Assembly (NCBI GenBank): GCA_048268485.1
Contig: JBLWVL010000002.1
Coordinates: forward strand, 64,665-128,664
DNA length: 64,000 nucleotides
Source of the DNA: Oceanospirillum sp.
GTDB taxonomy: Bacteria > Pseudomonadota > Gammaproteobacteria > Pseudomonadales > Halomonadaceae
Direction: 5' to 3'
The notes below the pieces were generated by a model. That model made no database searches. It was not told the origin of the DNA and saw nothing but the letters and a program-made list of their open reading frames with translations. The first letter of the stretch is position 1; the number at the start of each line of letters is the position of its first letter. Position numbers and translations under genes: made by a program. Below are positions 9,925 through 19,641 of this stretch, in pieces.

Positions 9925-10872
9925 TTATTCGCTATCCGGTATCGACGGCAGATCATCCGTCGATACAACCTGTTTTTTTTCATCCCCGAATGCCGCTTCA
10001 GAAGCCGCACCCATTGAATTTATAACCTTTGTTACCTGAGCCATATTGCGACTACTTTCTTCTGTCTGATCTTCAGTTCCCGGCTCTTGCTGAGATTTTT
10101 GGCTCAAACGTTCATCAAATCGCTGGCTTAGCTCTGAGAAAGTGAGAACGTCCGGAAGATTATCCAAATCCACATCCGTCGCATCACCCTCCTCATCGTC
10201 ATCTTCACCCGGTTCAGTCAGCCCCTGGGCTTCCATCTCTGCCCGGGCTTCCGCCATCATCTGGCGACGTTTCTCTTCCTGAGCAGCCTGCATGCGCGCG
10301 TCTTCAGCGGCAATCGCCTGCTGCTGCTCTTCCTGCATACGGTCACCCAGTTCCCGAATCTCATTCAGGGTAGGCAAAGCATCCAGAGTTTTCAGATTAA
10401 AGTAATCCAGGAAGTGTCGGGTGGTGGCGTACATCGCCGGACGCCCCGGTACATCACGATAACCCACCACACGTACCCACTCGCGCTCTACCAGAGTTTT
10501 CATAATAGAGCTGCTGACACTGACACCACGAATCTCTTCAATATCTCCACGGGTTACGGGCTGGCGATACGCGATCAGCGCCAGGGTTTCCAGTAAAGCC
10601 CGGGAATACTTTTGCGGCTTTTCTGTCCAAAGGCGGGCGACACGATTCGCATGCTCTTTACGCGCCTGAATCCGCCAACCGCTGGCTACCTCAACCAGTT
10701 CGATGCCTCGCCCCTGATAGTCTTCACTCAGCTGTTGCAGTACATCTTTCAGTACACTTTTAGCAGGACGCTCATATTCATCAAACAGCCCGGCAATCTG
10801 ATCCAGCGCCAGGGGCTGATCCGATACCATCAATACCGCCTCAATAACAGGTTTCAGCTGTTCAGTTTTCAT
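9925..10872 (-). CDS. scpB: Segregation and condensation protein B, with a long acidic C-terminal extension
   Basis: The N-terminal ~190 aa match ScpB (IEAVLMVSDQPL..., ETLALIAYRQPVTRGDIEEIRGV, GRPAMYATT..FLDYFNL). The start overlaps the scpA stop by 11 nt. Confidence 0.85.
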   Translation of the reverse strand: MKTEQLKPVIEAVLMVSDQPLALDQIAGLFDEYERPAKSVLKDVLQQLSEDYQGRGIELVEVASGWRIQARKEHANRVARLWTEKPQKYSRALLETLALIAYRQPVTRGDIEEIRGVSVSSSIMKTLVEREWVRVVGYRDVPGRPAMYATTRHFLDYFNLKTLDALPTLNEIRELGDRMQEEQQQAIAAEDARMQAAQEEKRRQMMAEARAEMEAQGLTEPGEDDDEEGDATDVDLDNLPDVLTFSELSQRFDERLSQKSQQEPGTEDQTEESSRNMAQVTKVINSMGAASEAAFGDEKKQVVSTDDLPSIPDSE

Positions 10873-11779
10873 CTGTTACCTCGTCCGTTATCTCATTAGC
10901 TGTCTTACTCAGAAGCACACCATCAAAGGCAGAACCATCATCCGCATCGGCTTCAGCAAGAATACGGGTACGAACATGGATCGGGCTGAACGGCTCGTTC
11001 TGAACCAGCTCAATAGAACGGGCTTTGATCAGCTCCATAATCGCAAGGAAAGTTACCACCACACCCATACGCCCCTCTTCCAGCGTGAACAGGCTCTCAA
11101 ATGGGTAGAAGCGGTCTTCAGTAAGGGATTCCAGAATCTGGCTCATCCGCTCACGGGTGGATAGGGGTTCCAGCTCAATATGGTGGTGGGTCTGCAACTC
11201 AGCACGCTGAACCACCTGCGCCATCGCCATTAGAATCTCCTGCAGATCCACCTCTGGCGGCGCTCGGTAAACCTCAAACTCTGGGGGCGCCAGCTGAACC
11301 GGGGTCACATCCCGTTCAACCCGGGGCAACGCATCCAGCTTTTCAGAAGCTTCTTTCAGCTGCTCATATTCCTGAAGACGACGCAATAGGGTAGCAGTCG
11401 GGTCATCGTCCTCCTCCTCACCTTCCACATTCTGACGTGGTAATAAGCTACGGGATTTAATCTCTGCCAGAAGTGCTGCCATCACCAGATACTCACCGGC
11501 CAGCTCGATCTGCAGCTCACGCATCAGATCAACATATTCCATATACTGACGGGTGATCTCCGCGACATTGACACTGAGAATATCCAGATTCTGTCGACGG
11601 ATCAGATAGAGCAGCAGATCCAACGGACCTTCAAAAGCTTCCAGAAAAACCCGCAGGGCTTCCGGCGGAATATAAAGATCCTGAGGTGGTTCGGTAACAG
11701 TTTCATCACCGATACGCGCCCAGAAATCAAGCTGTACAGGATCAACAGAATTAGAGGAAGGCTCAACAGTTATGGACAC
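10862..11779 (-). CDS. scpA: Segregation and condensation protein A (kleisin)
   Basis: FEGPLDLLLYLIRRQNLDILSVNVAEIT.QY... and the C-terminal winged-helix block VVVTFLAIMELIK. Confidence 0.9.
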   Translation of the reverse strand: MSITVEPSSNSVDPVQLDFWARIGDETVTEPPQDLYIPPEALRVFLEAFEGPLDLLLYLIRRQNLDILSVNVAEITRQYMEYVDLMRELQIELAGEYLVMAALLAEIKSRSLLPRQNVEGEEEDDDPTATLLRRLQEYEQLKEASEKLDALPRVERDVTPVQLAPPEFEVYRAPPEVDLQEILMAMAQVVQRAELQTHHHIELEPLSTRERMSQILESLTEDRFYPFESLFTLEEGRMGVVVTFLAIMELIKARSIELVQNEPFSPIHVRTRILAEADADDGSAFDGVLLSKTANEITDEVTDEN

Positions 11780-12161
11780 AGTCTTAACGCCCCCTCTCTG
11801 ATCAAGAGCACTTGCCCAGCAAACATTTTTAATCCAATAAACAATTCACAGCCAGACACAGTTCTCTCATAACAATTGCCGGACAAAAAATGACAGGCGT
11901 CAGAGGGCCTCAGCAGGTTCAGCTGATCATCATTCAAAGGCAGTATGGAAAAGTGTTTTTTGCAGTCAACCATCTCGGCCGTCTGTCTCCCGGTGATTTG
12001 CCGCCTGTAGTTGCCAGCCTTGCTCTGATCACTATGTATCAAGCATTAGAGGCTAAACATCCGACGGGTTAAAAATGAAGTGATTCAGAATCGTCAACAG
12101 ATAAGGCATTCTAACACACAAACCTGAAGCGACCAGTTCAGGACAAAGGTTAGGAGCAAGA

Positions 12162-12200
12162 AAAACCCCGTTATCTGAGATCAGATGGCACGGGGCTTTT
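12162..12200 (-). terminator. Putative terminator downstream of yciO
   Basis: CCCCGT...ACGGGG outer stem and ATCTGA/TCAGAT inner stem, flanked by an A-run (a T-run on the minus strand). Confidence 0.55.
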
Positions 12201-12291
12201 ACGGAACGCGTGATGCGAAACGGAGACTTTTAATAACAGGGTCTGCTAACTATTTAATCCTGCAGGAAAAGTTGTGATCCATCTGCCCGTC

Positions 12292-12921
12292 TCAGGACTC
12301 AAACACGCTGACATCTCCTTTACCCACACGGATTATCGTCGGTGGCATCTCACGAACATCCACAACAGAGGTCACTTCCATAGAACAGGCACCACCATCG
12401 ATGATCAGATCCAGAGCGTGCTCCAGTACATCACGAATTTCATATGCGTCGGTCTGTGGGTGCTCGTCATCCGGCAAAATCAGAGTGGTACTCATAATGG
12501 GCTCACCCAGATGCTCCAGCAGGGCCAACGTAATGGCATGCTCCGGAATGCGTACCCCGATGGAACGACGCTTTGGATGCAACAGGAGGCGTGGCACCTC
12601 CGTCGTGGCATCCAGAATAAAAGTATAAGGCCCCGGTGTATGTGCCTTCAGCAAACGATACAAGCTGTTATCAACCTTAGCGTAAGTGGAGATATCTGAG
12701 AGATCTCCGCACACCAGTGTAAAATTATGCTTCTGATCCAGCTGTCGGATACGCTTGATGCGCTCGACCGCCTTCTTATCACCAAGGTGGCAGCCCAGGG
12801 CATAACCGGAGTCCGTCGGGTAAGCAATTACCCCCCCCTTGCGGATAATCTCAACCGCCTGACGGATCAGGCGTTCCTGAGGATTATCCGGGTGAATCTG
12901 AAAAAATTGGCTCATGGTCAC
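12292..12921 (-). CDS. yciO: YciO (Sua5/YrdC/YciO family, L-threonylcarbamoyladenylate-synthase-like)
   Basis: Colinear with E. coli YciO as I recall it (SQFFQIHPDNPQERLI.QAVEI.RKGGVI.YPTDSGYALGC...). Confidence 0.9.
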   Translation of the reverse strand: MTMSQFFQIHPDNPQERLIRQAVEIIRKGGVIAYPTDSGYALGCHLGDKKAVERIKRIRQLDQKHNFTLVCGDLSDISTYAKVDNSLYRLLKAHTPGPYTFILDATTEVPRLLLHPKRRSIGVRIPEHAITLALLEHLGEPIMSTTLILPDDEHPQTDAYEIRDVLEHALDLIIDGGACSMEVTSVVDVREMPPTIIRVGKGDVSVFES

Positions 12922-12986
12922 ATCCTCATCTATCGTTGTGCTTTTAGGTCGAAGTCGATCTATTTGATCAATGCAACAAAGGTTAT

Positions 12987-13865
12987 TCAGTTCTTCGCCT
13001 CAGAACTCTGCTGTGTAGCGCCATCCTGCCACAACGTCCAGACAGGATTCACCGTTTCCGGTAGGTGATTGGTTTTCCCCGGCTTCTGCCACTGGGTCAG
13101 GAAGTGAAAGTCACTCCCGACACTGGCCGCCAAACCGTACTCTTTAGCCAGCTGCGCCATATAGTTGGTCTGATCACGGGATTGCTGAGCACCGGATACA
13201 ACTTCCATCGCTTCCCCCCCCGCTTCTTTAAACGCTTTCAGCAGAGCACGACGCTTCATATTGGTCATTTTATAGTGTAACGGATGGGCAACAACGGCAA
13301 CACCACCAGCAGCTTTAATCCACTCCACCGCTTTATCTACCGTTGGCCAAAGGCTTTTCACATCACCTTTTTTACCCGCTCCCAGATACTTTTTAAAGGC
13401 TTCCGGCATGGTCGCAACCACCCCTTCATCCACCAACACCTGAGCAAAATGAGGCCGGCCCAGTTCAGCACCATCAGCTTTCGCTTTGGCCTTCGCCAGA
13501 AAATCATCCACACCCAATGAACTCAGCTTCTCGGCAATAATCTCTGCCCGTTTCTGACGTGCCGCCTGTTGCTTTTTAAGACCTTCAATTAATACCGGGT
13601 TATTAATATCAAGATTCAGCCCCACAATGTGAACATTACAGCCACTCCAGGTGGTCGATATTTCAACCCCCGCAACCAAGTCAATAGCTGCGTCTCTGGC
13701 CGCCTGGCGTGCCTCAGGAATACCCTGAACCGTATCATGATCCGTCAGCGATAAGGTATGTACGCCCTCACTGGCAGCCAATTGCACCAACTCTGTCGGC
13801 GTCAACCGTCCATCCGAGCAGCTAGAGTGGCTGTGCAGATCAAATCCGGACCAATATGCATTCAT
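12987..13865 (-). CDS. yciV: PHP-domain phosphoesterase (YciV/TrpH, RNase AM-like)
   Basis: DLHSHSSCSDG...LSLTDHDTV...GVEIS...VVAHP...GSDFH PHP metal-ligand motifs. It is adjacent to yciO, as in E. coli. Confidence 0.85.
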   Translation of the reverse strand: MNAYWSGFDLHSHSSCSDGRLTPTELVQLAASEGVHTLSLTDHDTVQGIPEARQAARDAAIDLVAGVEISTTWSGCNVHIVGLNLDINNPVLIEGLKKQQAARQKRAEIIAEKLSSLGVDDFLAKAKAKADGAELGRPHFAQVLVDEGVVATMPEAFKKYLGAGKKGDVKSLWPTVDKAVEWIKAAGGVAVVAHPLHYKMTNMKRRALLKAFKEAGGEAMEVVSGAQQSRDQTNYMAQLAKEYGLAASVGSDFHFLTQWQKPGKTNHLPETVNPVWTLWQDGATQQSSEAKN

Positions 13866-14217
13866 GGAAAACCTTTTTCAGAAAAAATACTCAAACGATA
13901 TCTCAGGTTCAAAAGAAACTCTGACATAAATTCAAAACTACGGAATCACTGAACCATCAATTATTTGGGGGCATCGCTGTAAAATAACAGCTCAACGTGC
14001 GAAGATTGCCCAAACTTTAACCCTTGTGATGTTCATATAAATCACTGGAATATTCTCTTAACCTCATAGATACAGGTCAGGCTGGGAAAACATGCAAAAA
14101 TACGGTTCACTAGCGTAAACCAGTATTTTGAGGCAAGTTTCAACACGGCATCACCTTGTACACCGGTTAAGAGATAGTTCCAATAACTGAGTATGAAAGA
14201 CTCTCGTCGATAACACC

Positions 14218-14802
14218 ATGAAATTACTCTTAGATTTTTTCCCAATCGCCATCTTCTTTGGGGTTTACCACTACACCAAAGATATGATTCTGGCCACCGC
14301 CGTTCTGATTCCTGCTACTATTATTCAGATCGCCATCTCCTGGTATAAAACCCGCAAGATCGAAAAAATGCACATCGTCACCTTGGTGCTTATTATCGTC
14401 ATGGGTGGAGCAACAGTGCTGCTGCAGGATAAAAGCTTTATCCAATGGAAGCCGACTGTCGTTAACTGGCTGTTTGCCGGGGCCTTTCTTGGCAGCTACG
14501 TAATTGGCAAAAAACCGCTGATCCAACGTATGATGGAGAGCCAGATTCAACTGCCATCGGCTCAGTGGAATACCCTTAATGCCTACTGGATCATATTTTT
14601 TCTGGCCATGGGTGCTATCAATATCGCCGTCTTCACTTTCTACAGCGAAGAAACCTGGGTGAATTTTAAGCTGTTCGGCATGCTGGGATTAACGCTGGCG
14701 TTTATTATAATTCAGGGCATCTGGCTAACCAGACACATGAAGACTGACGACGATGCTTCCGGTGACAGCAGCACCGATAACAAAAGCAAAGAACTGCCCT
14801 AA
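14218..14802 (+). CDS. yciB: Intracellular septation protein A (YciB)
   Basis: [17 protein letters not shown]... with five TM segments and family-typical length. Confidence 0.9.
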   Translation: MKLLLDFFPIAIFFGVYHYTKDMILATAVLIPATIIQIAISWYKTRKIEKMHIVTLVLIIVMGGATVLLQDKSFIQWKPTVVNWLFAGAFLGSYVIGKKPLIQRMMESQIQLPSAQWNTLNAYWIIFFLAMGAINIAVFTFYSEETWVNFKLFGMLGLTLAFIIIQGIWLTRHMKTDDDASGDSSTDNKSKELP

Positions 14803-14857
14803 CCATGATCAGAACACTCTCCGTTCTGTCATAGCAAGAAACCGAGGAATAAAACCT

Positions 14858-15157
14858 ATGCTTTATGCGTTTATCTGTCAGGACAAAGAAGGCACTCAGG
14901 CCCAGCGTCTGGAAGCTCGCCCGGCGCACCTTGAGCGTCTGCAAAAGTTGCAGGATGAAGGTCGTCTGATTCTGGCTGGCCCGCACCCGGCTATTGACAG
15001 CAATGATCCAGGCGAAGCCGGCTTTACCGGTAGTCTGGTCGTTGCTGAGTTTGACTCCCTGGACGCTGCGCAAGCTTGGGCGGATGCCGACCCTTACTTT
15101 GCTGCAGGTGTTTATGAACACGTCACTGTTAAGCCGTTCCGTAAGGTACTGCCTTAA
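14858..15157 (+). CDS. yciI: YciI-family protein
   Basis: An internal ATG at 14858 is preceded by GAGGAA. The sequence [10 protein letters not shown]...RPAHLERL...GRLILAGP...[10 protein letters not shown] is the YciI fold signature. The ORF-track start at 14753 would overlap yciB. Confidence 0.85.
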   Translation: MLYAFICQDKEGTQAQRLEARPAHLERLQKLQDEGRLILAGPHPAIDSNDPGEAGFTGSLVVAEFDSLDAAQAWADADPYFAAGVYEHVTVKPFRKVLP

Positions 15158-15232
15158 CAGATTCAATTAAAAGCAGTCAAAAATGCTTTACAGAAGTCTG
15201 TTTTCTAACGGACTGAAAAAGCAGAAAATTTA

Positions 15233-15263
15233 AAAACGGGTTTGCAATTTGCACCCGTTTTTG
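15233..15263 (+). terminator. Rho-independent terminator after yciI
   Basis: ACGGGT (15236-41) pairs with ACCCGT (15253-58), followed by TTTTT. Confidence 0.65.
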
Positions 15264-15511
15264 CATTCTTAGCCTCTGCTATAACCACATGAATTTCTAA
15301 CGATTTTTAACTTTTCCAACAGTTTCTGTGGATAACTTTGTGGATCTAAGCAGGATACCCAGCGCAAACGGTTGCGCGGTATAGCAGAACCTCAGATTGT
15401 CTATTTTTTAACCAGATCTGAACCACTATCACTTTCTTAAAAAAGTGCTGACGCTTTCTTAAGCAAGAGTACAAAAATAGCGCAAACCTATCGAATCCGG
15501 ATCACACCTCT

Positions 15512-17620
15512 ATGGCCAACAATCACTACCAGATTCTGAACCACGCCGAGCTGAACTGGGATGAAAATCAGCAGCCGATCTCCCAGGCCTTTGATGATGT
15601 TTATTTCTCTAAAGCCAGTGGCCTGGATGAAACCCGTTATGTGTTTCTGCAGCATAACCGTCTGCCTGAACGCTGGCAGGATGCCGAGTTTGCCCTGCAC
15701 CCCTTTGTGATTGCGGAAACCGGATTCGGTACCGGCCTTAATTTTCTCTGCGCCTGGCAGGCGTTTAAACAGCTCGCACCGACTGATGCCCGCCTGCACT
15801 TTGTTTCTGTGGAAAAGTATCCCTTAAGCTTCGACGATCTGAAAAGCTCTCTCGATCTCTGGCCGGAGCTCAAACCACTGGCGGATCAGCTGATCGAGGC
15901 TTATCCCCTGCCGATTCCCGGCAGCCATCGTCGCCACTTTGAGAATGGCCGGGTACAGCTGACATTACTACAGGGTGACGCCAGCGAATGCTTCTCCGCT
16001 CTTGAAGCCAACGTCGACGCCTGGTTTCTGGATGGTTTTGCTCCCGCCAAAAACCCCGAGATGTGGACGCCAGAGCTGTTTCAGGCGATCCGCCGCTTAA
16101 GCAGTCACGGCACAACGGTCGCCACATTTACCGCTGCCGGTATCGTGCGTAACGGACTAAAAGGTGCCGGTTTTGAGGTGCATAAGGTGAAGGGCTTTGG
16201 CCGCAAACGCCATATGGTCTGCGGTGAGCTGGTTCTGGATGCCGAAGGCAACCCAGTACAAAGCGTTAATCCGGCACCGGATGTGATTCCGGTAGAACCT
16301 TTATCTTTGGCAACCCCCTGGCAGGAGACACCTTGGTTCCGTTTTCCCCAGCATAACGCCACTGGTACAAAAAGCGCCAAGAGCAAAGAGCATATCGCCG
16401 TGATCGGTGCCGGTATCGCAGGTACGACAACCGCTTATGCGCTGGCGCAGCAAGGGTTTCAGGTCAGCCTGATCGAACAACACCACGGTGTAGGGCAGGA
16501 AGGCTCGGGTAACCGCCAGGGCGTGCTCTACATTAAGCTTGGCACAGAACCCTCCGCCCATAGCCGTTTCTATCTCAGCGGCTTTGAGTTTTCCCGTCAC
16601 TATTTCGCTGCACTTCAGAGCGGGCTCGCTGAGACCGGTTTTTCACAGCTTATCTGGCAGCCTTGTGGCGTGCTGCAACTGGCTCATACCGATAAAGAGG
16701 TAAAGCGCCAGCAGAGCTTTATGGCCCGCAATCAGTTCCCACTGGAGCTGCTGCAGACGGTTTCAGCAGCAGAAGCTTCTGAGCTAAGCGGCACCTCCCT
16801 CCATCACAGTGGCCTCTGGTTTCCGAAGGCCGGCTGGGCGCGACCGAACCTGGTCTGCCAACAACTTAGTCAGCATCGGAATATCCGTCTGATCACGGGG
16901 CAGTTTGTGGATAAGCTGCAGAACATGGAAACCGGCTGGCAACTAATGGACAAATCGGGTGAGGTCCTACTCGGCGCCGATCAGGTGGTGATCGCCTGTG
17001 CTGCCAGCGCCAAACATTTTGCCCAAACCGCTTGGCTGCCTACCAAAGCGATTCGGGGCCAGACCACCTACCTGACAACCCAACCACAAACACCGGAACT
17101 GAAAACCGTCATCTGCCACGAGGGTTATATCGCCCCGGCGATCGACAACGCCCTGTGTTTAGGGGCAAGTTTCAACCTGAAAGATGAAGAAACCGGACTG
17201 CGTGACAGCGACCAGCAGCACAACCTTGAGTTGATGCGGCAGGCGATGCCAAAATTTTCCAGCCAACTTAAGGAAGCCGGGGTCGATACTGAAGCACTGA
17301 ATGGTAAGGTAGGTTTCCGCTGCGCCAGCCCGGACTATGTACCTCTGACCGGCCCAGTGCCGGTTTATGAAACCATGCTGGAACGCTTTGCCCTGCTACG
17401 CCATGATGCAACCAAAGTGCCGGATGCAGCACCGGCATACTACCCTGGCCTATGGCTGAATACGGGGCATGGCTCCCGGGGCCTTGCCAGTGCGCCTCTC
17501 TGCGCCGAAGTGCTGGCTGGTTATATTGCAGGACAACCGATGCCGCTTGAGCGGGAACTGATCAACGCCCTGCAGCCCAGCCGCTTTATTATTCGCGGTC
17601 TGATTCGCGGTCGGTTGTAA
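15512..17620 (+). CDS. mnmC: Bifunctional tRNA mnm5s2U34 methyltransferase / FAD-dependent cmnm5s2U34 oxidoreductase
   Basis: N-terminal DUF752-type methyltransferase (ETGFGTGLNF, DAWFLDGFAP) followed by a DAO domain (IAVIGAGIAGTTTAYALA). 702 aa. Confidence 0.9.
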   Translation: MANNHYQILNHAELNWDENQQPISQAFDDVYFSKASGLDETRYVFLQHNRLPERWQDAEFALHPFVIAETGFGTGLNFLCAWQAFKQLAPTDARLHFVSVEKYPLSFDDLKSSLDLWPELKPLADQLIEAYPLPIPGSHRRHFENGRVQLTLLQGDASECFSALEANVDAWFLDGFAPAKNPEMWTPELFQAIRRLSSHGTTVATFTAAGIVRNGLKGAGFEVHKVKGFGRKRHMVCGELVLDAEGNPVQSVNPAPDVIPVEPLSLATPWQETPWFRFPQHNATGTKSAKSKEHIAVIGAGIAGTTTAYALAQQGFQVSLIEQHHGVGQEGSGNRQGVLYIKLGTEPSAHSRFYLSGFEFSRHYFAALQSGLAETGFSQLIWQPCGVLQLAHTDKEVKRQQSFMARNQFPLELLQTVSAAEASELSGTSLHHSGLWFPKAGWARPNLVCQQLSQHRNIRLITGQFVDKLQNMETGWQLMDKSGEVLLGADQVVIACAASAKHFAQTAWLPTKAIRGQTTYLTTQPQTPELKTVICHEGYIAPAIDNALCLGASFNLKDEETGLRDSDQQHNLELMRQAMPKFSSQLKEAGVDTEALNGKVGFRCASPDYVPLTGPVPVYETMLERFALLRHDATKVPDAAPAYYPGLWLNTGHGSRGLASAPLCAEVLAGYIAGQPMPLERELINALQPSRFIIRGLIRGRL

Positions 17621-17624
17621 ACCG

Positions 17625-18230
17625 GTGTCAGGAACTGCACTGGAGTTCATTCTGATCTTACTGACACTGTTAGTGACAATAAGCATACTGATCGGGAGTT
17701 TACGGTCAGGCATCTCACCTATGCCCAGCTCCCGGAAAGCGCACAGAGCCGTGCTTGAAATGCTGGAGCGGATAGCACCGGATAACCAACAAGCACTCAC
17801 GCTGATCGACTGCGGCTCCGGCTGGGGGCACCTGCTATTTAAACTTGCCCATCATTACCCAAACGCCCGGGTAATCGGTTACGAAATGTCATTTATACCT
17901 TGGGTGACAAGCTATCTGCTTGCCCGTTTTTTCCTTTTGAGAAACGTGACAATCTACCGGAAAAACTTTTTGTCCCAAGCCCTTACGGTGCCGCTGCATG
18001 AAAGCGATATTTTATTCACCTACCTTTACCCTAAAGGGATGGAAAAACTGGCTAAGCAGCTGACAGCAAAGAATCAAAACACAGCCCTGAGCAGCACGAA
18101 TCAAAGTGGCCCATGGCCGCTGCAATTGATCAGTATCTGCTTTGCCTTGCCAGGGTTTGAAGCACAAGAGCGGCAGGTTCTGGCGGACTTCTACCAGACC
18201 CACATCTACCACTACACCCTGAATCGCTAA
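17625..18230 (+). CDS. Class I SAM-dependent methyltransferase with N-terminal TM helix
   Basis: LIDCGSGWGHLLFKLA (motif I) follows a hydrophobic N-terminus. GTG start 4 nt after the mnmC stop. Confidence 0.6.
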   Translation: MSGTALEFILILLTLLVTISILIGSLRSGISPMPSSRKAHRAVLEMLERIAPDNQQALTLIDCGSGWGHLLFKLAHHYPNARVIGYEMSFIPWVTSYLLARFFLLRNVTIYRKNFLSQALTVPLHESDILFTYLYPKGMEKLAKQLTAKNQNTALSSTNQSGPWPLQLISICFALPGFEAQERQVLADFYQTHIYHYTLNR

Positions 18231-18252
18231 CTCCCCGCAGCAGAATTCAGCC

Positions 18253-19638
18253 TCAGACCTCCAAAAAACGGATCGGCTTGCCTTCTGGCTTCCCCATAAG
18301 CGTTTCATCCTGAACCACCAGTTCGCCAGCGACAACCGTATGAATGGGCCAGCCTGTCACGCTCTTTCCATCGTATGGACTCCAACCGCTGCGACTGGCA
18401 ATCCAGTCATTACGGATCGTCCGCCTTGCTTTCAGATCCACCAAGGTCAGATCCGCATCATAACCTAAGGCAATACGTCCCTTACCTTCGATACCAAAAA
18501 CCCGGGCAGGGCCGGCACTGGTCAGATCCACCAGACGCTGAAGGGTAAGACGTCCGGCATTCACATGATCAAGCATCACCGGAAGCAGTGTTTGTACACC
18601 GGTCATACCGCTGGGGGAATCGGGATAAACCTTAGCCTTCTCTTCACGGGTATGGGGCGCATGATCACTGCCAATCACATCCACCACACCGCTATTAATC
18701 CCCTGCCAGAGTGCATCCTGATGTCTTTTATCCCTAACCGGTGGGTTCATCTGAGCCAGGCTACCTAACTGCTGATAGCAATCAGGTGCCTGCATCGTCA
18801 AATGATGCGGCGTGACTTCTACCGTCACGCGCTGTTTATGATTGACCAGAAATGCCATCTCTTCGGCTGTGGACACATGCAGTACATGCAGGCGACGCCC
18901 GGCTTCTTCAGCCATAGCCACAATTCGCTGGGTCGCCTTCAGTGCACTGGAGACATCACGCCAAAGCGGATGAAGACAAACATCATGACTTCCCTCCACC
19001 AGGTGTTTTCGCACTCGGAGACGAGCCTCATCTTCTGCATGCACCGCCATGCGCCGCTGCCCATGGGCCAGAATACTCTTTAAGACGGCATCCTCATCAG
19101 CCAACAGATCGCCAAAGGAGCTTCCCATAAAAACCTTAACACCCGCGCAGCCCGGCAAGCGCTCCAGATCCGCCAGCTGCCTGGCGTTGATACCGGAGCC
19201 TCCGATATAGAACGCATAATTACACCAAGCCCGCCCCTCTGCCGCATTCAGTTTTGCCTGAAGGTCCTCCGGCCACAGTGTCAAAGGATGGGTGTTCGGC
19301 ATCTCAAAAACGGATGTGACACCCCCAAGAACAGCACCGCGGGTGCCCGCCTCAAGATCCTCTTTATGGGTTAGTCCCGGCTCCCTGAAATGAACCTGAC
19401 TGTCAATCACCCCAGGCAGTACATGCAGCCCTTCAGCTTGTATTACGGTATCGGCCTGCCATTGAGCATCCAGTTTGCCCAGCCCGACAATCCGTCCCTT
19501 ATTGCACGCAATATCAATCTGCTCTTCACCGTTGGGGGTGATGACGGTACCGCCCAAAATCAGCAGATCAGCCTGATACGGCAAGCGCTCATCGACCCCG
19601 CTGCCGCCACTTGTTAGCTTATCAGACCCCATAGACAC
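18253..19638 (-). CDS. Dihydroorotase-like cyclic amidohydrolase (PyrC2-type paralogue)
   Basis: Amidohydrolase-superfamily blocks are present: PGVIDSQVHFREPG, VFEMPNT, MAVHAED, LHVLHVST, GSDHAPH. It lies 3 nt downstream of folE2 in the znuA transcription direction. Confidence 0.75.
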   Translation of the reverse strand: MSMGSDKLTSGGSGVDERLPYQADLLILGGTVITPNGEEQIDIACNKGRIVGLGKLDAQWQADTVIQAEGLHVLPGVIDSQVHFREPGLTHKEDLEAGTRGAVLGGVTSVFEMPNTHPLTLWPEDLQAKLNAAEGRAWCNYAFYIGGSGINARQLADLERLPGCAGVKVFMGSSFGDLLADEDAVLKSILAHGQRRMAVHAEDEARLRVRKHLVEGSHDVCLHPLWRDVSSALKATQRIVAMAEEAGRRLHVLHVSTAEEMAFLVNHKQRVTVEVTPHHLTMQAPDCYQQLGSLAQMNPPVRDKRHQDALWQGINSGVVDVIGSDHAPHTREEKAKVYPDSPSGMTGVQTLLPVMLDHVNAGRLTLQRLVDLTSAGPARVFGIEGKGRIALGYDADLTLVDLKARRTIRNDWIASRSGWSPYDGKSVTGWPIHTVVAGELVVQDETLMGKPEGKPIRFLEV

Positions 19639-19641
19639 CTC

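Noticed and set aside
14753-14857. N-terminal extension of the yciI ORF
   Set aside because: It overlaps the yciB 3' end. The internal ATG at 14858 has a GAGGAA RBS and gives the canonical ~99-aa YciI length.
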